Positions 59,951-64,000 of a stretch of 64,000 nucleotides of DNA are shown in pieces; the stretch's first letter is position 1, and every line of letters begins with the position of its first letter. This stretch comes from the human T2T-CHM13v2.0 reference genome, Homo sapiens, in assembly GCF_009914755.1 (NCBI RefSeq), contig NC_060940.1; one strand, given 5' to 3'. The position numbers were made by a program, and so were the translations under genes. The notes beneath the pieces were generated by a model. It searched no databases, was not told the origin of the DNA, and worked only from the letters and a program-made list of their open reading frames with translations.

Positions 59951-60786
59951 CTCACTTTCACTTTTCTAGACCTACAATGGAGCATTTATTAGAGGGTTCA
60001 GGGTGATGAATGCAGCTCACGCCAACCCCCCTGCATTCCCCACCAGTGGCCCACCCTGGCCCGGGGGCAGAGGAGAGAGTGCCTATTTGAAGGGGCAGAA
60101 AGATTCAAATGTGTCTTCCAATCCTCTCCTACCACAGTTTCTGTAACACTCATTCCTTCAACAAGTATTTACAGAGGCCACCTTGATGTCTGTGGTACTA
60201 GGGATACAGGGATCACCCAGATAGACCAAGTCCTGCCCTAAGACTCATGCTCTAGGAGGAGGGGCAGGAATAGACGCCCACCCAGATCAATGCACAAGCT
60301 CAGTTCAGCGCACAGCAGGTGATGCAGTGCTTATGCAGGCAGGCACTGCATGGCTCTCAGCCCAGCTCTCCCACTCATGCTGTGTGACCTCAGGCATGTT
60401 AGTTAACCTCTCTAAGCCTCCTTCTCCTCATCTCTAAAATGGGGATGAGATGCCTGAGTAAAGGACCTGGCACATTGACAAAGAGGTGGGAGCCACTGGG
60501 AGGCAGAGGGTGGGCCTGGCTCCCACCTCTATGGCTCAGGGGCAGGGCAGATCAGTGAGCGCTGCCCCATGAGCTGTGGCAGGTGGTCCTCAGAGCCTGG
60601 CTACTTCCAGTCGCTGGGCAGACAGGAGTTAGACTCTCCCCACTGAGCCCTTGCTCACTGTGTGTCAGAGACTCCAGGAGCTCAGCCTTTCCCCTACGAC
60701 AGGGCTTTGGCCTCGGTTTCCCTGCTGGGTTCCCCACCCAACCCACTCCCTGGGGAGCTGGATCCTATGCCTGTGCTGCCCTCTAC

Positions 60787-61002
60787 TGGCCACCAGGAGG
60801 AGGGTACCTGCAGCGCACCCACCCTGAGGATCTCCGGCGGCCCCACCCACCCACTCGGCTTCCTCCTGAGGCCACGCCCCCTGAGGCCACGCCCCCTGAG
60901 GCCAGCCACTTCCTGGCCACGCCCCTCAAAGTCCAGCTTTCCGGCTGAGTCGGAGCCTGGGCCTAGCAGTCCTGTCCCAACCTCCTTGCGTTTCTCGCGA
61001 GA
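60787..61002. promoter_or_regulatory. Candidate intronic promoter/enhancer motif cluster
   Basis: Three GGCCACGCCCC SP/KLF boxes, ETS-like ACTTCCTG, perfect TCTCGCGAGA palindrome (60993-61002) and a partial CTCF-like TGGCCACCAGGAGG. Confidence 0.4.
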
Positions 61003-62469
61003 CCAGGCCCAGAAATTCCCAGCATCCCTTGCTACACTCACTCCACTAAGTCCCTTAAAAACTGCCAGAAACCAGCAGTTCCTCCAGCGTAGGTTTTATT
61101 TCCAATTTTTATTGAACTTATTAAAATTCTTACCTCTTCCCACCTCCCTAAAGCCCAATTTCTACTTGGCCCTGTGCCTGGGGCCAGGCTCATTTGTATG
61201 AAAGGCCTGATGGCCTGCAGACTCCCCCAGCCCAGGCTTCTAGCAACATGCAAAGGATGTGGCGGAATTTAAATTACTAATGGCCAGCCGGGAAGGGGAA
61301 AATGACAGGGGCCTGCCCCATCTGTCCCACCTCCCGAAGACTCACTGGCTGTTCCCTCCCCAGCTAACAGGTCCTGATCCCCTTCTAGAATCCTCAGACC
61401 CTTCTGCAGGCCACTGATTTGCTTCTAACACTCCAACTCATTCATTTAACTGACATTTATTAAGCATCCTCTGTATGCAAAGCATGGGGCCAGCCACAGG
61501 GGATATGGCCGTAAATACGGCAAGGCCATTCCTCCAAGGCTAATGAGGAGAGTGACATAAACAGTGACGTGAAATCAATTATTACAAATGCTAAAATAGA
61601 AATAGATCCAGCTACCATCTAAAACTGGCACCCCATGGGCTGAATCGAACCTGCAGATGTTGGCAAGAGCTGTAAAAAAAAAAAAGATGATATTTTGATG
61701 CCAACATTTTAAAAATTTGGAGGATTTCCATTAAAATATGGGAGTTTTGGCTTCTCTTGTAAAAAATCAGAAACGCAACACTGGGTCCACATTTCTTCTC
61801 GGCAACCCTCAGCTGGAGCTAGGCTGGAGCTGGGGCGTTTCATGAGGGCCTGCAGCTGCCAAGCCCCTCAGTGGTGCCATCATCTGCCCGTCTGCTGCCC
61901 TCTGCCATAGCTCCTGCAATATCCCCAGCTCGCTCACTCATCCACATTCCCTCCCAGGCCACTCAAGGCATCTTGAGTTTCAGCCTCCGAGAAGGGCCTG
62001 AAGGAGATAAAAGGTCTGTGTTCCCTGGATTGGGGAAAGGCTTCCAAGGTGAGCTTGGAGATGGGGTTGGAAGGCCAGCATGTGTTCACTAAGAGGCAGA
62101 GGGAGGAGGGAAGGAAGGAGGAAGGCAGATGTGAGTGCGACAGCCAGGAGGTGGGAGCAGGGCTCGGGGCCTCCCGTCCTCCCAGAGCTGGGGGTCTCCT
62201 GCATTGATGGGGCTCCTCACTGAGGATGGGCTCAGCTCTCCTCTGATCTTCTAGGACCTTCCTTGGACGGGTAAGAAAAAGGCTACAGGTGAGTGGAGGT
62301 TATGGAGGTGGAGAGAACAGAAGAAGGAGGGCCTTCAAGGCTCCGGGAATTGCAGAGGGGTTTTGAGGAGAGTCAGTGGCCTTCCCTCTCATAGGATTAA
62401 CACTTTGATGATGGGCTGGTATATAGCAGGTGCTCAGTAAATGTCGGCCCATTTGCTGCTGTTTGCTCC

Positions 62470-63630
62470 CTGTGTCTCTCTTGTTCCTCCTTTTTCTCTC
62501 ACTTCCTTCTTCCTCCCTCCATCTTTCTCTGCTTCTCTCTCTCTGTCTCCCTCCATCTCTCTCTCTCCTTCTCTCTCTCTCTGTCTCTGTCTCCATCCAT
62601 CTCTCTCTCCTCTCTCTCTGTCTCCCTTCATCTCTCTCTCCTCTCTGTCTCCCTCACTCCCTCTCCTTCTCTCTGTCTCTGTCTCCATCTCTCTCTCCTC
62701 TCTGCGTCTCCATCTCTCTCTCCTCTCTGTCTTCCTCCATCTCTCTCTCTCTCCTTCTCTCTCTGTCTCTGTCTCCCTCCATTTCTCTCTCCTTCTCTCT
62801 CTGTCTCTGTCTCCCTCCATTTCTCTCTCCTTCTCTCTCTGTCTCTGTCTCCCTCCATTTCTCTCTCCTTCTCTCTCTGTCTCTGTCTCCCTCCATCTCT
62901 CTCTCCTTCTCTGTCTCTGTCTCCCTCTAGCTCTCTCTCCTTCTCTCTTTGTCTCTGTCTCCCTCCATCTCTCTCTCTCTGTCTCCCTCCATCTCTCTCT
63001 CCATCTCTCTCTGTCTCTGTCTCCCTCCATCTCTCTGTCTCTGTCTCCCTCCATCTCTCTCTGTCTCTGTCTCCCTCCATCTCTCTCTGTCTCTGTCTCC
63101 CTCCATCTCTCTCTCTCCTTCTCTCTCTCTCTCTGTCTCTGCCTCTGTCCATCTCTCTTTCCTTTTCTCTGTCTCCCTCCATCTCTCTGTCTCCTTCTCT
63201 CTCTCTGTCTCTGCCTCTCTCCATCTCTCTTTCCTTTTCTCCCTCTGTCTCCTTCCATCTCTTCTCTCCTCTCTCTGTCTGTCTCTGTGTCTCTCCATCT
63301 CTCTTTCCTTCTCTCTCTGTCTCCCTCCCTCTCTCCTTCTCTCTCTGTCTCTGTCTCCTTCTGTTTCTCTTTCCATCTCTCTGTCTCTCTCCATCTCTCT
63401 CTGTCTCTGTCTCCCTCCATCTCTCTCTCCATCTTTCTGTCTCTGTCTCCATCTCTCTCTCTCCTCTCTCTCTGTCTCTGTCTCCCTCCATCTGTCTCTC
63501 CTTCTGTCTCTCTGTCTCGTCCATCACTCTCTCTTTCTCTCTCTCTGTCTCCCTCCATCTCTCTCTCCTTCTCTCTCTGTCTGTCTCCATCCATCTCTCT
63601 CTCTGTGTGTTCTTTTCTCTCTCTCCTTAA
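62470..63630. repeat. ~1.1-kb CT-rich (CTCTGT/CTCCAT) complex repeat
   Basis: Almost purely pyrimidine on the + strand, with repeated ~40-bp blocks such as ctctctccttctctctctgtctctgtctccctccattt. Confidence 0.95.
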
Positions 63631-64000
63631 GTGTGTGTCTCCCTCTGTCCCAGGGGCCTGTTCATCATCTTCCTCTGCCTCCCATCTCCTGCTCCATCTC
63701 TTACCTTATCAGGGGCCCTCCACTCTCCTCTCTTCCCTTCCCCGCCCTCCTAGCCCTGCAAAGACTGAGATGTGATGATGGAGTATTTCCTGCAGGAGGT
63801 CCTGCCTCAAACCTCACACGCCCAGAATGCACCACTGTCCTCCTTCAATGCTCTTGCCCTCATGGGATGACTCCCCTGTTTCCCCATCATGGTCGCAGCC
63901 TGGCATCTGCATCCTCCATGACTCCCACCCTTGCCCTGCAGTTTGTGGACCATCAAGTCCTGCCAGTTCTGCTTCTCTGGAGCCCATCCACAGTCCTCCG

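Noticed and set aside
62300-63775. Longest ORFs in the track (444, 386 and 320 aa; Ser/Leu- or Arg/Glu-rich)
   Set aside because: Translations of a CT/GA low-complexity repeat that lacks stop codons by composition.

Overview
Human (or great-ape) genomic DNA inside the AMPA-receptor auxiliary subunit gene GSG1L, which is transcribed on the minus strand. Three constitutive coding exons are present, with canonical, phase-compatible GT-AG junctions: 38160-38049 (112 nt), 21986-21819 (168 nt) and 631-564 (68 nt). They encode the end of TM3, ECL2, TM4 and most of the cytoplasmic C-tail. The upstream exons and the last exon lie outside the window. The rest is intron, dense in Alu, MIR, L2, old L1, MaLR LTR and hAT MER elements, with one U6 retrocopy and several tandem or low-complexity repeats. 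Almost all ORFs in the track are repeat or chance artefacts. I see no new multi-gene system. The most notable structures are: (1) an in-frame 54-nt MIR-derived cassette exon adding 18 aa to the C-tail; (2) a ~220-bp inverted templated insertion copied into the head of an Alu from the flank of an oppositely oriented Alu 6 kb away; (3) a 35-bp minisatellite whose inner units became CpG-rich through exclusively A/T-to-G/C differences; (4) an intronic promoter-like motif cluster near 60.8-61.0 kb. Repeat subfamily calls and boundaries are by eye and approximate.
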